A model generated the notes under the pieces. The model worked only from the letters and a program-made list of their open reading frames with translations, had not been told where the DNA came from and ran no database searches. Both the position numbers and the translations under genes were made by a program. Positions 47,742-57,614 of a stretch of DNA of 57,791 nt are shown piece after piece; positions within the stretch are counted from its first letter, which is position 1; every line of letters begins with the position of its first letter. The DNA comes from Opitutia bacterium. Lineage in GTDB: Bacteria; Verrucomicrobiota; Verrucomicrobiia; Opitutales; Seribacteraceae. The DNA lies in the NCBI GenBank assembly GCA_038121045.1, contig JAYOMW010000002.1, positions 1 to 57,791 on the forward strand, given 5' to 3'.

Positions 47742-48689
47742 TTAGGCTTCTTGGTCGAAGCGCGAGATTTTGCGAAGAATGGATTTTTGCATGTGCAGAC
47801 GGTTTTCCGCCTGATCGAAAAGAATGGCCTGAGGCGCGTCGAGAACTTCTTGGGCAACCTCTTCTCCCGGGTGGGCGGGCATACAATGCATGAACAAGCA
47901 ATTTTCCTTGGCCAGGGCAAGAATTTCCGAATCCACCCGATAAGGCGCCATTTTTTGGAGACGATCCTGTTCCTCGCCCTCACATCCCATGCTGACCCAA
48001 ACGTCGGTGTAGACGACGTCTGCCCCTTCGGATGCCTCACGAGGGTCTTGCGTATGACGCCAAGTCGCTGGAAGTCCTCTCGCCTGGCAAAATTTCTCGA
48101 TTTCGGGCAGAGGCCGAAAGTCAGCCGGGCCCGCCAAATGTATGTCGATTCCAAAGAGAGCTCCGGCCAAAATCCATGAGTTGGCCATATTGCAAGCGGT
48201 ATCCCCGAAAAAAGCCAATTTTTTCCCCCGCAGTCCCTCGAAAGGGTCGAGCGTCCCCCCCGTTTTTTCCAAGATAGTCAGGCAGTCGGCATAGATTTGA
48301 CAGGGATGAAGAAAGTCCGTGAGAGCGTTTACGACCGGGATGGAAGAGTGGTGGGCAAACTCCTCGATAATATCATGTCCATGCGTGCGGATGATCAAAC
48401 CGTCCAAATAGCGGGACAGGACCCGGACGGTATCTTCAATGCTTTCCCCCCGCCCAATTTGCGTGCTGGATTGGTCGAGTATCAAGGGGGTTCCGCCCAA
48501 TTCCCTGATTCCCACCTCGAAGGACACCCTTGTCCGGGTGCTGTTCTTGTAGAAGAGCATTCCCCAATTCTGGCCGGAGAGGTCGGCGCTGGGCCTCTGA
48601 GCCCGGTTTTGCTTGAAAAGGGAAGCATGTTCGAAAACTTCGATGATTTCGTTTCGGTCGAAATCGCTTTCCGTCAAAAAATGTTTCAT
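47742..48689 (-). CDS. argF: Ornithine carbamoyltransferase
   Basis: STRT, HPCQ, DVWVSMG, HCMP, QAENR; start at ATG 48689 (ATGA overlap with argD). Confidence 0.95.
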   Translation of the reverse strand: MKHFLTESDFDRNEIIEVFEHASLFKQNRAQRPSADLSGQNWGMLFYKNSTRTRVSFEVGIRELGGTPLILDQSSTQIGRGESIEDTVRVLSRYLDGLIIRTHGHDIIEEFAHHSSIPVVNALTDFLHPCQIYADCLTILEKTGGTLDPFEGLRGKKLAFFGDTACNMANSWILAGALFGIDIHLAGPADFRPLPEIEKFCQARGLPATWRHTQDPREASEGADVVYTDVWVSMGCEGEEQDRLQKMAPYRVDSEILALAKENCLFMHCMPAHPGEEVAQEVLDAPQAILFDQAENRLHMQKSILRKISRFDQEA

Positions 48690-49885
48690 TCGCTTTTCTT
48701 GGTTTGGAGGGCCGCCAAGGCATCCTCCGCTACGTTCAAGGCTTTTTGAATTTCGGTATCGCTTACTTTCAAGGGAGGAAGGAAACGAATTGCGTTTCCC
48801 GCCGCGCCAACGACCAGCAATCCCCGCTCCCGCAAGGATGCGATCAAATCGGCCGGGTCGTCTTTCAGGGCCAGAGCCAACATCAGTCCGCGTCCCCTCA
48901 CTTCTTCGAGGATGCTTGGGAAACACTCGACCAACCGGCTCAATCCTTCGCGCAGGGCCAATCCTTTTTCCCTTGCCGCCTTCACGAGACCCTCCTTCTC
49001 GATGACGTCGAGTACTGCGTGAGCGGCCGCGCAGGCCAAAGGTGAACCACCAAAGGTAGTCCCGTGGCTTCCGGGCTTGAAAACTCCGCTGTATTGTTCG
49101 CTGATCCAAAAGGCCCCGATTGGGAACCCCCCCCCCAAGCCCTTGGCCAAGGCCACTGCGTCCGGCGTGATGCCGGATTGACCGTAAGCGAGGAAATTCC
49201 CAGTCCGCCCGATGCCGGATTGGACCTCGTCGAGCATGAACAAAGCCTTTCTTTCCCGGCAAAGCCTTTCAAGACCTTGGAGAAAATCGTCTTTCGCCTC
49301 GTGGATTCCACCTTCCCCTTGGATTGGTTCGATGAAGACGGCGATCGTTTCGTCGTCGAGCTTGCGCTCGAAGGCATCGAGGTCGTTGAGCGGGGCGAAT
49401 TCGAAACCGCCCAGCAACGGTTCGAACCCCTTGCGGTATTTGGGGGAATGGGTGGCTGAGAGGGCTCCCAAGGTCCGCCCGTGAAACGCGTTTTCGGCCA
49501 CGAGAATCTTGTGTTTCCCTTTGAATTCAGGGAGTTCGGAAGCAAGTCTGGCAAATTTGATCAACCCTTCGTTCGCTTCCGCTCCACTGTTGCAAAAGAG
49601 CATCTTTCCAGGCCCGATTTCGGACACGAGCCTTTTGGCCAAACGGACTTGTTCGGGAATGGAAAAAAGATTCGAGCAATGAACGATCTTTTCCGCTTGC
49701 TTGGCCACTTGTTCGGTCCAATGAGGGTGGCAATGACCAAGGTTGGCCACCGCAATCCCGCTCGTGAAGTCGAGAAATTCCCTTCCCTCGGCATCCCAAA
49801 GTTTGGTCCCTTCACCCCGAACGATTTCAAGAGCCGGACTGGCATAATTTCCGATCAAATATTTCCTGTGCTCGGGCGAGATCAT
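48686..49885 (-). CDS. argD: Acetylornithine aminotransferase
   Basis: NSGAEANE, FHGRT, EPIQGEGG, DEVQSG.GRTG, AKGLGGG, HGTTFGG. Confidence 0.93.
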   Translation of the reverse strand: MISPEHRKYLIGNYASPALEIVRGEGTKLWDAEGREFLDFTSGIAVANLGHCHPHWTEQVAKQAEKIVHCSNLFSIPEQVRLAKRLVSEIGPGKMLFCNSGAEANEGLIKFARLASELPEFKGKHKILVAENAFHGRTLGALSATHSPKYRKGFEPLLGGFEFAPLNDLDAFERKLDDETIAVFIEPIQGEGGIHEAKDDFLQGLERLCRERKALFMLDEVQSGIGRTGNFLAYGQSGITPDAVALAKGLGGGFPIGAFWISEQYSGVFKPGSHGTTFGGSPLACAAAHAVLDVIEKEGLVKAAREKGLALREGLSRLVECFPSILEEVRGRGLMLALALKDDPADLIASLRERGLLVVGAAGNAIRFLPPLKVSDTEIQKALNVAEDALAALQTKKSE

Positions 49886-49891
49886 GGCCAA

Positions 49892-50761
49892 TCAATCGTG
49901 TACGATCTCCGTACCGATTCCTTCGTCGGTAAAAATTTCGAGCAAAATGCTGTGAGGGAGCCTTCCGTCGATGAAGTGAACCCGGTTGACGCCCGCATTC
50001 AAGGCATCGACCGCGCTGTTTACCTTGGGAAGCATGCCTTTTGCGATCACCTTTTGCTCCTTGAGGGGTTCGACCTGATGCACGGGGAGGCTGGAGAGCA
50101 GGGAGGAGGGGTCTTCGGGGTCCTTGAGGAGGCCCGGGACGTCCGATAGATAGACAAGCCTTCTTGCCTTCAGGGCGATCGCTATTTGAGCCGCCGCGGT
50201 GTCCGCATTGACGTTGTAGCATTGCCCTCCGGCATCGGATGCGGTGGATGAAAGGATGGGCATGAGACCTTCGTCCAATGCCTCGAGAATCGGTTCCGAA
50301 CGGACCGATTCAATCTTTCCCACGAACCCGAGGTCGGGCTCGCTGATCAGCTTTGTACAGGACAGAACGTCCTTTCCCGGAATCCGCCGGACGCCGCAAT
50401 CGTGGGAGGAAACGAAAGAGGCGACCTCCTCGTTGACTTCTCCGTTCAAAACCTCGTCCACTACCCGAATGGTTTCCTTGTCGGTTACCCTCAATCCGTC
50501 GATGAAGTTTGCTTCAATTCCAAGCTCGGCCAATTTTCGGGTCACGGCTTTTCCACCGCCGTGCACAACCACGACTTTGATTCCGACGAAATTAAGGAAA
50601 ACCAAATCACGGGCCACTCCGGCTCTTACTTCGGGGTCGGGCGAGTCCATGAAACTTCCCCCGTACTTTACCACGAAAATGGATCCGCGAAAGCGACGGA
50701 CGTAAGGAAGCGCCTCTACCAGAATGCTGGCTTTCCGTTTGCTTTCCTCGACTTTGGCCAT
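49892..50761 (-). CDS. argB: Acetylglutamate kinase
   Basis: EALPY, VVKYGG, VHGGG, GLRVTD, NVNAD, GMLPK. Confidence 0.96.
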   Translation of the reverse strand: MAKVEESKRKASILVEALPYVRRFRGSIFVVKYGGSFMDSPDPEVRAGVARDLVFLNFVGIKVVVVHGGGKAVTRKLAELGIEANFIDGLRVTDKETIRVVDEVLNGEVNEEVASFVSSHDCGVRRIPGKDVLSCTKLISEPDLGFVGKIESVRSEPILEALDEGLMPILSSTASDAGGQCYNVNADTAAAQIAIALKARRLVYLSDVPGLLKDPEDPSSLLSSLPVHQVEPLKEQKVIAKGMLPKVNSAVDALNAGVNRVHFIDGRLPHSILLEIFTDEGIGTEIVHD

Positions 50762-51981
50762 CACTCGCTCTTGTTGAAATCAACGTACTCCTCGCTCAAG
50801 TCGTTGGACCAAATCTCGCTTGCTCCCGAACCCAGGTTCAAGTCAAGCCCGATGAGGAATTGCTTACCCGAGACAATCTCCTTCCATTTGCCTTTGTTTT
50901 CCTGAACGGGTTCGCCTTTGATCAAGGCAGGCACTTCGTCGTACAGCATGTCGAGCTTGTTAATGTCCAGTCCGACCTTTGCATAGCCGGCGGCATCGAC
51001 GACTCTTCCCCAATTGGGGTCGGAACCGTACCAGGAGGATTTGACAAGCAATGAATTCGCGACCGCCCGGGCGACTTTTTCTGCGGCCAGGTCGTCGGGC
51101 GCCCCCGTTACTCTGACTTGGACGAATTTTGTAACTTTCTCGCCGTCGCTGACGCATTTGCGGGCCAAGCAGGCGCAAACGGCATCGACTGCCTCGGCAA
51201 ATTCGATTCGAACGCTTTCGGGTTCCTTGTCCATGGAAAGGCCCGAGGCCCCGTTGGCCATCAAAAGAACGGAGTCGTTGGTGCTCATGTCGCCATCTAT
51301 GGTGATCCGGTTGAAGGACCGGTTGACGGCTTGTGCGAGGGTGTCTTGAAGGAACGGATTCGAGACGGAGGCATCGGTCGTGAGAAAGGCAAGCATGGTG
51401 GCCATGTTCGGTTCGATCATGCCCGCGCCCTTGACCACTCCTCCCACCGTGATTTCACCTGCCGAAGTCTCGATTTTCGCGGAACACGACTTCGTGCAGG
51501 TGTCCGAAGTCAGGATTGCCTCCTGAAAAGCCATAGCCCCGTCCAGCTCCTCCTTCACGTCCGTGGCGGCATCCCTGATGCCCGAAGTGATCTTGCTCAT
51601 GGGCAGGCGGACTCCAATTCGTCCCGTTGAGCAGACTAGGATTTCCTTTGAATGAAGGTTCAGGTGACGGGCCACCTCGGATGCCATTTTGGCAGAATCC
51701 AAATCACCCTGATTCCCAGTGCAGGCATTTGCATTTCCACTGTTGGCGACGATTCCATGAAATTTGGCCGAAGGGTCGGACAGAAGATTTTGGCAGTAGC
51801 GAACGGGAGCTGCCTTGACGTCGTTGGTCGTGAAGACCCCGGCTACCGAGCAAGGCTTTTTCGAGTAGACGATGCCAAGATCATTCTTTCCGTCGTTTTT
51901 TCCTTTTACGTCGCAATGCACGCCCGAGCAGAAGAAGCCCCGGGGCTCGGTCAAGCCATCTCCGTTTTCAAAAAATTTCAT
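50761..51981 (-). CDS. argJ: Ornithine acetyltransferase / N-acetylglutamate synthase
   Basis: NSGNANA, STGRIG, KGAGMIEPNMATML, DGDMSTND, DGE, DPNWGR. Confidence 0.96.
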   Translation of the reverse strand: MKFFENGDGLTEPRGFFCSGVHCDVKGKNDGKNDLGIVYSKKPCSVAGVFTTNDVKAAPVRYCQNLLSDPSAKFHGIVANSGNANACTGNQGDLDSAKMASEVARHLNLHSKEILVCSTGRIGVRLPMSKITSGIRDAATDVKEELDGAMAFQEAILTSDTCTKSCSAKIETSAGEITVGGVVKGAGMIEPNMATMLAFLTTDASVSNPFLQDTLAQAVNRSFNRITIDGDMSTNDSVLLMANGASGLSMDKEPESVRIEFAEAVDAVCACLARKCVSDGEKVTKFVQVRVTGAPDDLAAEKVARAVANSLLVKSSWYGSDPNWGRVVDAAGYAKVGLDINKLDMLYDEVPALIKGEPVQENKGKWKEIVSGKQFLIGLDLNLGSGASEIWSNDLSEEYVDFNKSE

Positions 51982-53015
51982 CTCAGGCCTGCTCCTTCCT
52001 CGTATCCTTGGCAGACGTTCATCGACTGAATGGCTTGCCCACCGGCTCCTTTGATCAGGTTGTCCTCGGCCGAACACAAGACGTACCTGCCGGTCCGCGA
52101 GTCGGCGTGGACGGAAAGATCGATCCGGTTGGTCCCTGCCACATGAGCGACGTCCGGGAATTCTCCTTCGGGCAAAAGATTGACGAAAGGGCGGTGACCG
52201 AAGAACCGGTTCCAGCAATCGACAACCTTTTGCCTGTCCAATTCTCCTTGCGCCGGAACGGACACAGTCGTGCAGATTCCCCTGCTCATGGGAGCGAGGT
52301 GAGGATGGAAGGAAATGACGACTTTTTCCGAAGAGTTCATTGAAAGAAGCGAAAGCTGCTCTTCGATTTCGGAGAGATGCCTGTGCTTGGGCAAGCCATA
52401 GGCTCCGGCGCTTTCGTTTCTCTCGCAATACAAGAGTTTTTCGGTCGCATTTCTTCCGGCTCCGCTTATCCCACTCATGGAATTGGCGACGATTCCTTCC
52501 TTCTTCACGATGTTTTCGCGCAGAAGAATGGAAAGAGGAATCAAGATGCTCGTCGGGTAGCACCCCGGAGAAGCAATCAAGGGGGAGATTTCCCAGGAAA
52601 GTTCGTGCAATTCGGGCAACCCGTAGGATGCCTTTTCCAACCATTCGGGGGCAGGGTGGGGTTGACCGTAGAATTCCTCGTAGGTTTCGGGAGAGTTGAG
52701 CCTGAAGTCTGCGGACAGATCGATTACCTTCTTGCCTGCCTCAAGGAGAGGAACTGCGTATTCAGCGGCCGTTCCGTGAGGCAGTGCGAGGAAGAAAAGC
52801 TCGGAATCGTCTTCCTCGCTCAGTTCTTCGATCGAGGGATTCGAAAAGAAAAGCTCGCATCCCTTTCCCCGTAGTTTCGGTATGCAATCCTCTACTTTTT
52901 TTCCCTCCATGGAGCGCGAAGTCACTCTTTCCAAGGTTGCGTGCGGATGATCAAGCAGAAGGCATACGAGCTCTCTGCCTGAATATCCGGAAGCTCCGAT
53001 TATGCATGTTTTCAT
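51978..53015 (-). CDS. argC: N-acetyl-gamma-glutamyl-phosphate reductase
   Basis: GASGYSG, DLSADFR, PGCYPT, SGAG, HRH, DNLIKGA.GQA. Confidence 0.96.
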   Translation of the reverse strand: MKTCIIGASGYSGRELVCLLLDHPHATLERVTSRSMEGKKVEDCIPKLRGKGCELFFSNPSIEELSEEDDSELFFLALPHGTAAEYAVPLLEAGKKVIDLSADFRLNSPETYEEFYGQPHPAPEWLEKASYGLPELHELSWEISPLIASPGCYPTSILIPLSILLRENIVKKEGIVANSMSGISGAGRNATEKLLYCERNESAGAYGLPKHRHLSEIEEQLSLLSMNSSEKVVISFHPHLAPMSRGICTTVSVPAQGELDRQKVVDCWNRFFGHRPFVNLLPEGEFPDVAHVAGTNRIDLSVHADSRTGRYVLCSAEDNLIKGAGGQAIQSMNVCQGYEEGAGLR

Positions 53016-53043
53016 CGATTTGAGCCTTGGGTTGATTGTCTTT

Positions 53044-53080
53044 AAAAAAACAGACCCCCCGGTTGGAGTTCCGAGGGGTC
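53044..53080 (-). terminator. Rho-independent terminator after rpsI
   Basis: Minus strand reads GACCCCUCGG-AACUCCAA-CCGGGGGGUC then UG and U7: a 10-bp stem with one G-U pair. Confidence 0.8.
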
Positions 53081-53105
53081 TTTCGTTAAAGTTTCTTTTT
53101 GTCGG

Positions 53106-53510
53106 TTAGCGTTTCGAGAATTGGAATCTTTTTCTAGCCCCTGGTTGGCCGGTTTTCTTTCTTTCGATTTTGCGCGGATCACGTCGCAAGTGACCGGCTC
53201 TTTTCAACGGTACGCGAAGCTCAGGGTCCATTTTTTCCAAGGCCCGGGAGAGGCCGTGCCTGATGGCTCCTGCTTGTCCCACTCCGCCTCCGCCCGAAAC
53301 ATTGACCGAAACGTCCACGCTGTTCGTCTTCTCGACGGTAGCCAATGGGGAGCCGACGGTTTTTCTTTGCTGCTCGGTTTTGCAATATTCGGCTACGTCG
53401 CGACCATTGATCACGAAGTTGCCGGTTCCTTCCTTGATTCTAACCCGGGCCGTACTGGTTTTCCTGCGGCCCGTTCCAATGAATTCTGCTGATTTTGCCT
53501 TGGCGCTCAT
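53106..53510 (-). CDS. rpsI: 30S ribosomal protein S9
   Basis: GTGRRK...GQAGAIRHG...ERKK.G..ARK.FQFSKR. Confidence 0.98.
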   Translation of the reverse strand: MSAKAKSAEFIGTGRRKTSTARVRIKEGTGNFVINGRDVAEYCKTEQQRKTVGSPLATVEKTNSVDVSVNVSGGGGVGQAGAIRHGLSRALEKMDPELRVPLKRAGHLRRDPRKIERKKTGQPGARKRFQFSKR

Positions 53511-53524
53511 GGTAGTGAAATTTT

Positions 53525-53950
53525 TTAGATGAGGGGGGAAGGCTGTTGAGCCTCGTGGGGGTGTTCGGATCCGCGGTAAACCTTGAGCTTGGAAAGCATG
53601 GCATTCGCAAGCTTGTTTTTGGGAAGCATTCCCTTGACCGCGTTGGTAATGATAAACTCGGGGCGCTTTTCCCGGAAGTCGGCAACCGTTCTGTATTTCT
53701 CTCCTCCCATGTACCCACTGTAAAACATGTATTTCTTTTGCTCCTCTTTGGAGCCGGTGAGCTTGACCTTGTCGGCGTTGATCACGATGACATAGTCACC
53801 CGTGTCCACGTGGGGAGTGTAGATGGGTTTGTTCCGGCCGCGCAGGGCGTTGGCTATGGTTACGGCCAACCGGCCGAGAACTTGGTCGGTCGCATCCACG
53901 ATCTTCCAATCGTGCGTGGCGGTTTCTGGTCTTGCTAATGTAGTTTTCAT
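53525..53950 (-). CDS. rplM: 50S ribosomal protein L13
   Basis: DA...[28 protein letters not shown]. Confidence 0.98.
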   Translation of the reverse strand: MKTTLARPETATHDWKIVDATDQVLGRLAVTIANALRGRNKPIYTPHVDTGDYVIVINADKVKLTGSKEEQKKYMFYSGYMGGEKYRTVADFREKRPEFIITNAVKGMLPKNKLANAMLSKLKVYRGSEHPHEAQQPSPLI

Positions 53951-54038
53951 CTGAGAAATGAGGGAAAAGGATCAAAATGATGGAAAACCAATCGTTCGTC
54001 AACCGAACAATTGGAAAGTTTCAGGGGGGGGAGCGAAC

Positions 54039-54437
54039 CTAAAATTGGCCCGTGCCGAGATCGGACAGGGTTTGGTCGTAGAATTTCCTGCCGTATCCCA
54101 TCACTCTGTCGGTGTTGTCGAAAACAACCGGCATGTATCTCTGCTCGATGTCCTTGTCGGCCAAAGTTCCAACCGTTCCGCCTTTTCTGATCTTGTAGAA
54201 CCACACGCTTCCCCAGTCGTATCCCTCGACGTAGTTAGCGATCCCCGAAAGTTCGAAGACCTGACTCTTGGTCATTCCGACCGCCAATCCCATGAGGTTC
54301 TCGATGTTTTCCTTGATCTCGCCGTCATCCTTCGCGAAGGGGTTGGACCCCGACCCGCGGTTGCAACCCGTCAAGGCAAACAAAGCTGAAAAAAAGAGAA
54401 AATAAAAAAGGCGGGACTTGGAGAATAATGCTCTCAT
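54039..54437 (-). CDS. Lipoprotein, BamE/SmpA- or DUF3192-like fold
   Basis: LTGC lipobox; L.VGMTKSQV...G; WFY; PVVF...V.GYG. Confidence 0.7.
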   Translation of the reverse strand: MRALFSKSRLFYFLFFSALFALTGCNRGSGSNPFAKDDGEIKENIENLMGLAVGMTKSQVFELSGIANYVEGYDWGSVWFYKIRKGGTVGTLADKDIEQRYMPVVFDNTDRVMGYGRKFYDQTLSDLGTGQF

Positions 54438-54533
54438 AATTAACTTTTATTCATGCTTTCTGAAATTTCGCAATATCAATTTTCCGTATATTAGACGCGA
54501 AATGAATAAGCTGCCTTTTTGGGCAAGAACGGA

Positions 54534-56396
54534 TCAGTTGTCGGTGGAGGCTAGTTTCTCGAGCGTTCGATAACTTCGGGCGATCATTTCACTCGGATCG
54601 TCCAAAAGGTTGGCGGAAGCCATCGCGTTGTCGAGCAACTGATCCGCGACCAGCGAGGCAGTCTCCTCGTCCTTGTCCTTGAGCTCATAAAGCCCCCGGA
54701 TGATGGAATGTCTTGGGTTGACTTGCAATTTGACCGAAGGAGCGGGCATGGCCTCATCCATTCCCTGCATCATTTTCAAAACCCGTCTTGCCGAGGCTCC
54801 TCCCATTCCGTCTCCTCCGATTACGCAAACCGGGCTGTCGATGAGCCGTTCTCCGGTTTCCACCTCGGAAACCTTGTCGCCGAGCTTTTTCTTCATCCAA
54901 TTGCACAAGGACTTGGTCTTTTTCTTGTCCAGGGTTTCACCGTCTTTTTCCTGATCCAATTTTTCCATTTCGAAATCTTCCGAATCCGCGGAAACGATCT
55001 TTTTCTCTTTGTACTCACGGACGGTTTGCATCAGGTATTCGTCAACCGGTTCGGTCAGGAGGAGAACCTCCAATCCGCGGGCGCTCATTGCCTCGAGGTA
55101 AGGTCCTGCTTCAATGGACTCTCTGCTTTTGCCGTAAAGAAAGAGAATTTCCTTTTGGTCCTTGGCCATGCGGTCGATATAAGCGTCCAAACCGGTCAAT
55201 TTTCCGGCATCCAGAGCCGTGGACTCGAAAAGAAGCAACTTGGCCAAGTCTTCCCGATAGGTGAAGTCGGTGGCCGCGCCTTCCTTGATGAGCACTCCGA
55301 ATTCCTTCCAGAATTCAAGGTAATTTTCCTCCTCTTTCTTGGCTTGTTCGGCCAAGAAGCGCAAGAACCTCTTGGTCAGCACTTGATTAAGTTTACGCAA
55401 GAGGTCGCTGTCCTGCATGGTTTCACGGGAAACGTTCAGGGGCAAATCCGAACTGTCGACCACGCCCTTGAGAAAACGGAGCCATTCCGGGAACAAGCCC
55501 TTGGGTTCGGCATCGATCAGAACCTTCCGGCAATGAAGGGCGACTTTGTTTTCGTTTCTGAACATCCCCATCTTTTCCATGTTGCGCTTGGGCACGAAGA
55601 GAAGGGAGTTGATTTCCAAAGGGGCATCCGCGCTGAAGTGCATGCGCATCAATGGCGCTTCGTAGTCATTGGCCTGGAATTTGTAGAATTCCTCGTATTC
55701 CTCGTCCTTGATCTCGTTTTTGGAGCGCATCCAGATGGCATCGACCGTATTGACCTTCTCGCCGTTCACGGAAACGGGAAATTGGACGAAAGCCGAGTAT
55801 TTCTTGATGATGTCTTTGATCCGGTCCTCCTTGGCGAATTCCGAAAAATCTTCCTTGAGCCGGATGACGATCTTGGTTCCCCGCCGTTGTCCTTCGGCGG
55901 ACTGGATCGAGTAAGAACCGTCTCCCTTGCTTTCCCAACATTGACCCGTCCCTTCGGCATGCCATGAACGGGTGTAGGCCTGAACGTTGTCCGCAACCAT
56001 GAAAACGCTGTAAAAACCGACCCCGAACTTACCAATGAGGGCATCGTTTTTATCCCCGTCCGCCTTCAGCGCCTCCATGAATTCTTTGGATCCCGAGTGC
56101 GCGATGGTCCCCAGGTTTTCAACCAGTTCGTCTTCGGTCATTCCTATGCCGAAGTCCTGAATGATCAGCTGGTTTGCCGAATCGTCGGTCGATACGTTGA
56201 TTTCAAGATCCAAGCCGTCGTCAAAGACTTCTTTTTCGGTCAATTGCAGCCTGCGCAACTTTTCCAACGCGTCGGATGCATTGGAGATCAATTCCCTGAC
56301 AAAGATCTCCTTGTCTTTGTAGAGGGAGTTGACGACGATATCGAGTACCTGTTTGGTCTCCGCTTGAAATTCGTGGGTGGTTGGCTTTTTACTCAT
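54534..56396 (-). CDS. htpG: Chaperone Hsp90
   Basis: FQAE, RELISNASDA, NLGTIAHSG, GKFGVGFYS, LPLNVSRE. Confidence 0.97.
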   Translation of the reverse strand: MSKKPTTHEFQAETKQVLDIVVNSLYKDKEIFVRELISNASDALEKLRRLQLTEKEVFDDGLDLEINVSTDDSANQLIIQDFGIGMTEDELVENLGTIAHSGSKEFMEALKADGDKNDALIGKFGVGFYSVFMVADNVQAYTRSWHAEGTGQCWESKGDGSYSIQSAEGQRRGTKIVIRLKEDFSEFAKEDRIKDIIKKYSAFVQFPVSVNGEKVNTVDAIWMRSKNEIKDEEYEEFYKFQANDYEAPLMRMHFSADAPLEINSLLFVPKRNMEKMGMFRNENKVALHCRKVLIDAEPKGLFPEWLRFLKGVVDSSDLPLNVSRETMQDSDLLRKLNQVLTKRFLRFLAEQAKKEEENYLEFWKEFGVLIKEGAATDFTYREDLAKLLLFESTALDAGKLTGLDAYIDRMAKDQKEILFLYGKSRESIEAGPYLEAMSARGLEVLLLTEPVDEYLMQTVREYKEKKIVSADSEDFEMEKLDQEKDGETLDKKKTKSLCNWMKKKLGDKVSEVETGERLIDSPVCVIGGDGMGGASARRVLKMMQGMDEAMPAPSVKLQVNPRHSIIRGLYELKDKDEETASLVADQLLDNAMASANLLDDPSEMIARSYRTLEKLASTDN

Positions 56397-56499
56397 GATT
56401 TTTCAAAAAAAACCATTCATTCTATGGAGTCGGCTTTATTCATCAAGCGCGAACTTTTGCTCTGGTTCCCGATTCGTTTTTTCCGAGGAAAGAGAAGGG

Positions 56500-57162
56500 T
56501 CACTGGTCTTGTTCGAATTTGTTTCTGAAGTATTCGTAAGCCTCGTTGATCTCTTTGGCCTTGGTTTCGGCAACCTCTTTGATTTCGGGGCCCAATGCGC
56601 TTACGCGGTCCGGGTGGTATTGGGCGATCAGTTTTCGGTAAGCCGATTTGATTTCCTTTTCCGAATACGGTTTCTCAAGGCCCAAGGTTTCGGCAAAGCC
56701 CGCCTCCAGGGGATCGGAAAGGGGTTCGGGTTGGACGGAGGCAAAGGATTCGTCGGTTTCCGGGTTTTGGTCTTCGTCCGATTCTTTTGGATCGGTGGTT
56801 TCTTTTTCCCCTTCCTCCGGAATCGTTGATTCGGTGGCCTCTTCTTCGGTTGCTTCCGTGGGAGGGGTTTCTTCCTTTGGAGCAGGTTCTTCGGGCATGG
56901 GTTCGAACCCGAGCAGGGAATCCAATTTCCAAAGCATCCACCATGAGCACAGAAAAACGAGCGCCCACGAGACTTTTTCCATCATGGAAGTAATCTTGTT
57001 GGGGTCTTCGCCAAAAAGATTCCTCCAAAACATCGATGCCCGGTAAAACTCATGCAATTCACCGCTCAGCCACTCGGCCGTAAGCAAGGACAAAGCGAAG
57101 GCAAGGAATCCCCCGTAAACAAGTTTACCTCCCCATCGGATGAAATTTGTCTTTTTGCTCAT
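56500..57162 (-). CDS. Membrane-anchored J-domain (DjlA-like) co-chaperone
   Basis: Two TMs, acidic linker, C-terminal EIKSAYRKLIAQYHPDRV...KEINEAYE. Confidence 0.85.
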   Translation of the reverse strand: MSKKTNFIRWGGKLVYGGFLAFALSLLTAEWLSGELHEFYRASMFWRNLFGEDPNKITSMMEKVSWALVFLCSWWMLWKLDSLLGFEPMPEEPAPKEETPPTEATEEEATESTIPEEGEKETTDPKESDEDQNPETDESFASVQPEPLSDPLEAGFAETLGLEKPYSEKEIKSAYRKLIAQYHPDRVSALGPEIKEVAETKAKEINEAYEYFRNKFEQDQ

Positions 57163-57500
57163 TCTGCGTTTTGGAACGACTTTCCTCAAATCCTGTTTCG
57201 GGCTTCTGCTTGGCCGTTACCAAGAGGTTCGGATCAGAGTTGGAAAGCGAAAGGTACGATCTTAACCGGGAAGCCGCCCCGAGCAGGTTTGATATAAATA
57301 AAGGGCGACGCCTCCGAGCACGATCAGGAGCCATTTTTTTGCTCTTTGCATACCTTTATCCTGCCTAAGGAAAGCCGGATGTCAAATGGCAACGAATCCG
57401 TATCCTTCCTTCACTGAGCGGATGAATGGAAGAGGGGAGGGTGAAAGGTGTAAAGAGGCATGGAGTTGAACTCCTGATCGTTCCTTTGGCCCATCGCGCT

Positions 57501-57533
57501 CGTCATCGCGAAGGCGTAGCCCGTGGCGATCCA
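57501..57533. repeat. REP-like short palindromic element (single copy in window)
   Basis: CGTCATCGCGAAGGCGTAGCCCGTGGCGATCCA: ATCGC/GCGAT arms around a GGC-GTA-GCC hairpin; resembles GTCATyGCGA...GTGGCrATC repeats. Confidence 0.5.
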
Positions 57534-57614
57534 CCTATGCCAGTAAACGAGCCGCATCCCACGCAATGCCCCAACCTTGACACACCCTCGCAATTGTCCG
57601 ATAAAGGGAAAATC

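Noticed and set aside
47742-52644. Long N-terminal extensions or fusions of ArgF (506 aa) and ArgJ (627 aa) in the ORF track
   Set aside because: The extensions overlap argD and argC in other frames; ATGA-coupled starts at 48689 and 51981 give normal sizes.
46506-53015. arg cluster lacks argH and argR
   Set aside because: These genes are commonly located elsewhere; cannot be judged from one window.
54708-55967. Long antisense ORFs (also 2207-3145, 20173-21159, 41224-42045, 8687-9766)
   Set aside because: Shadows of conserved genes caused by codon bias; no protein-like motifs.
57263-57352. Minus-strand fragment KSKKWLLIVLGGVALYLYQTCSG downstream of a TTGACA
   Set aside because: No in-frame start; could be a frameshifted remnant but too short to support.
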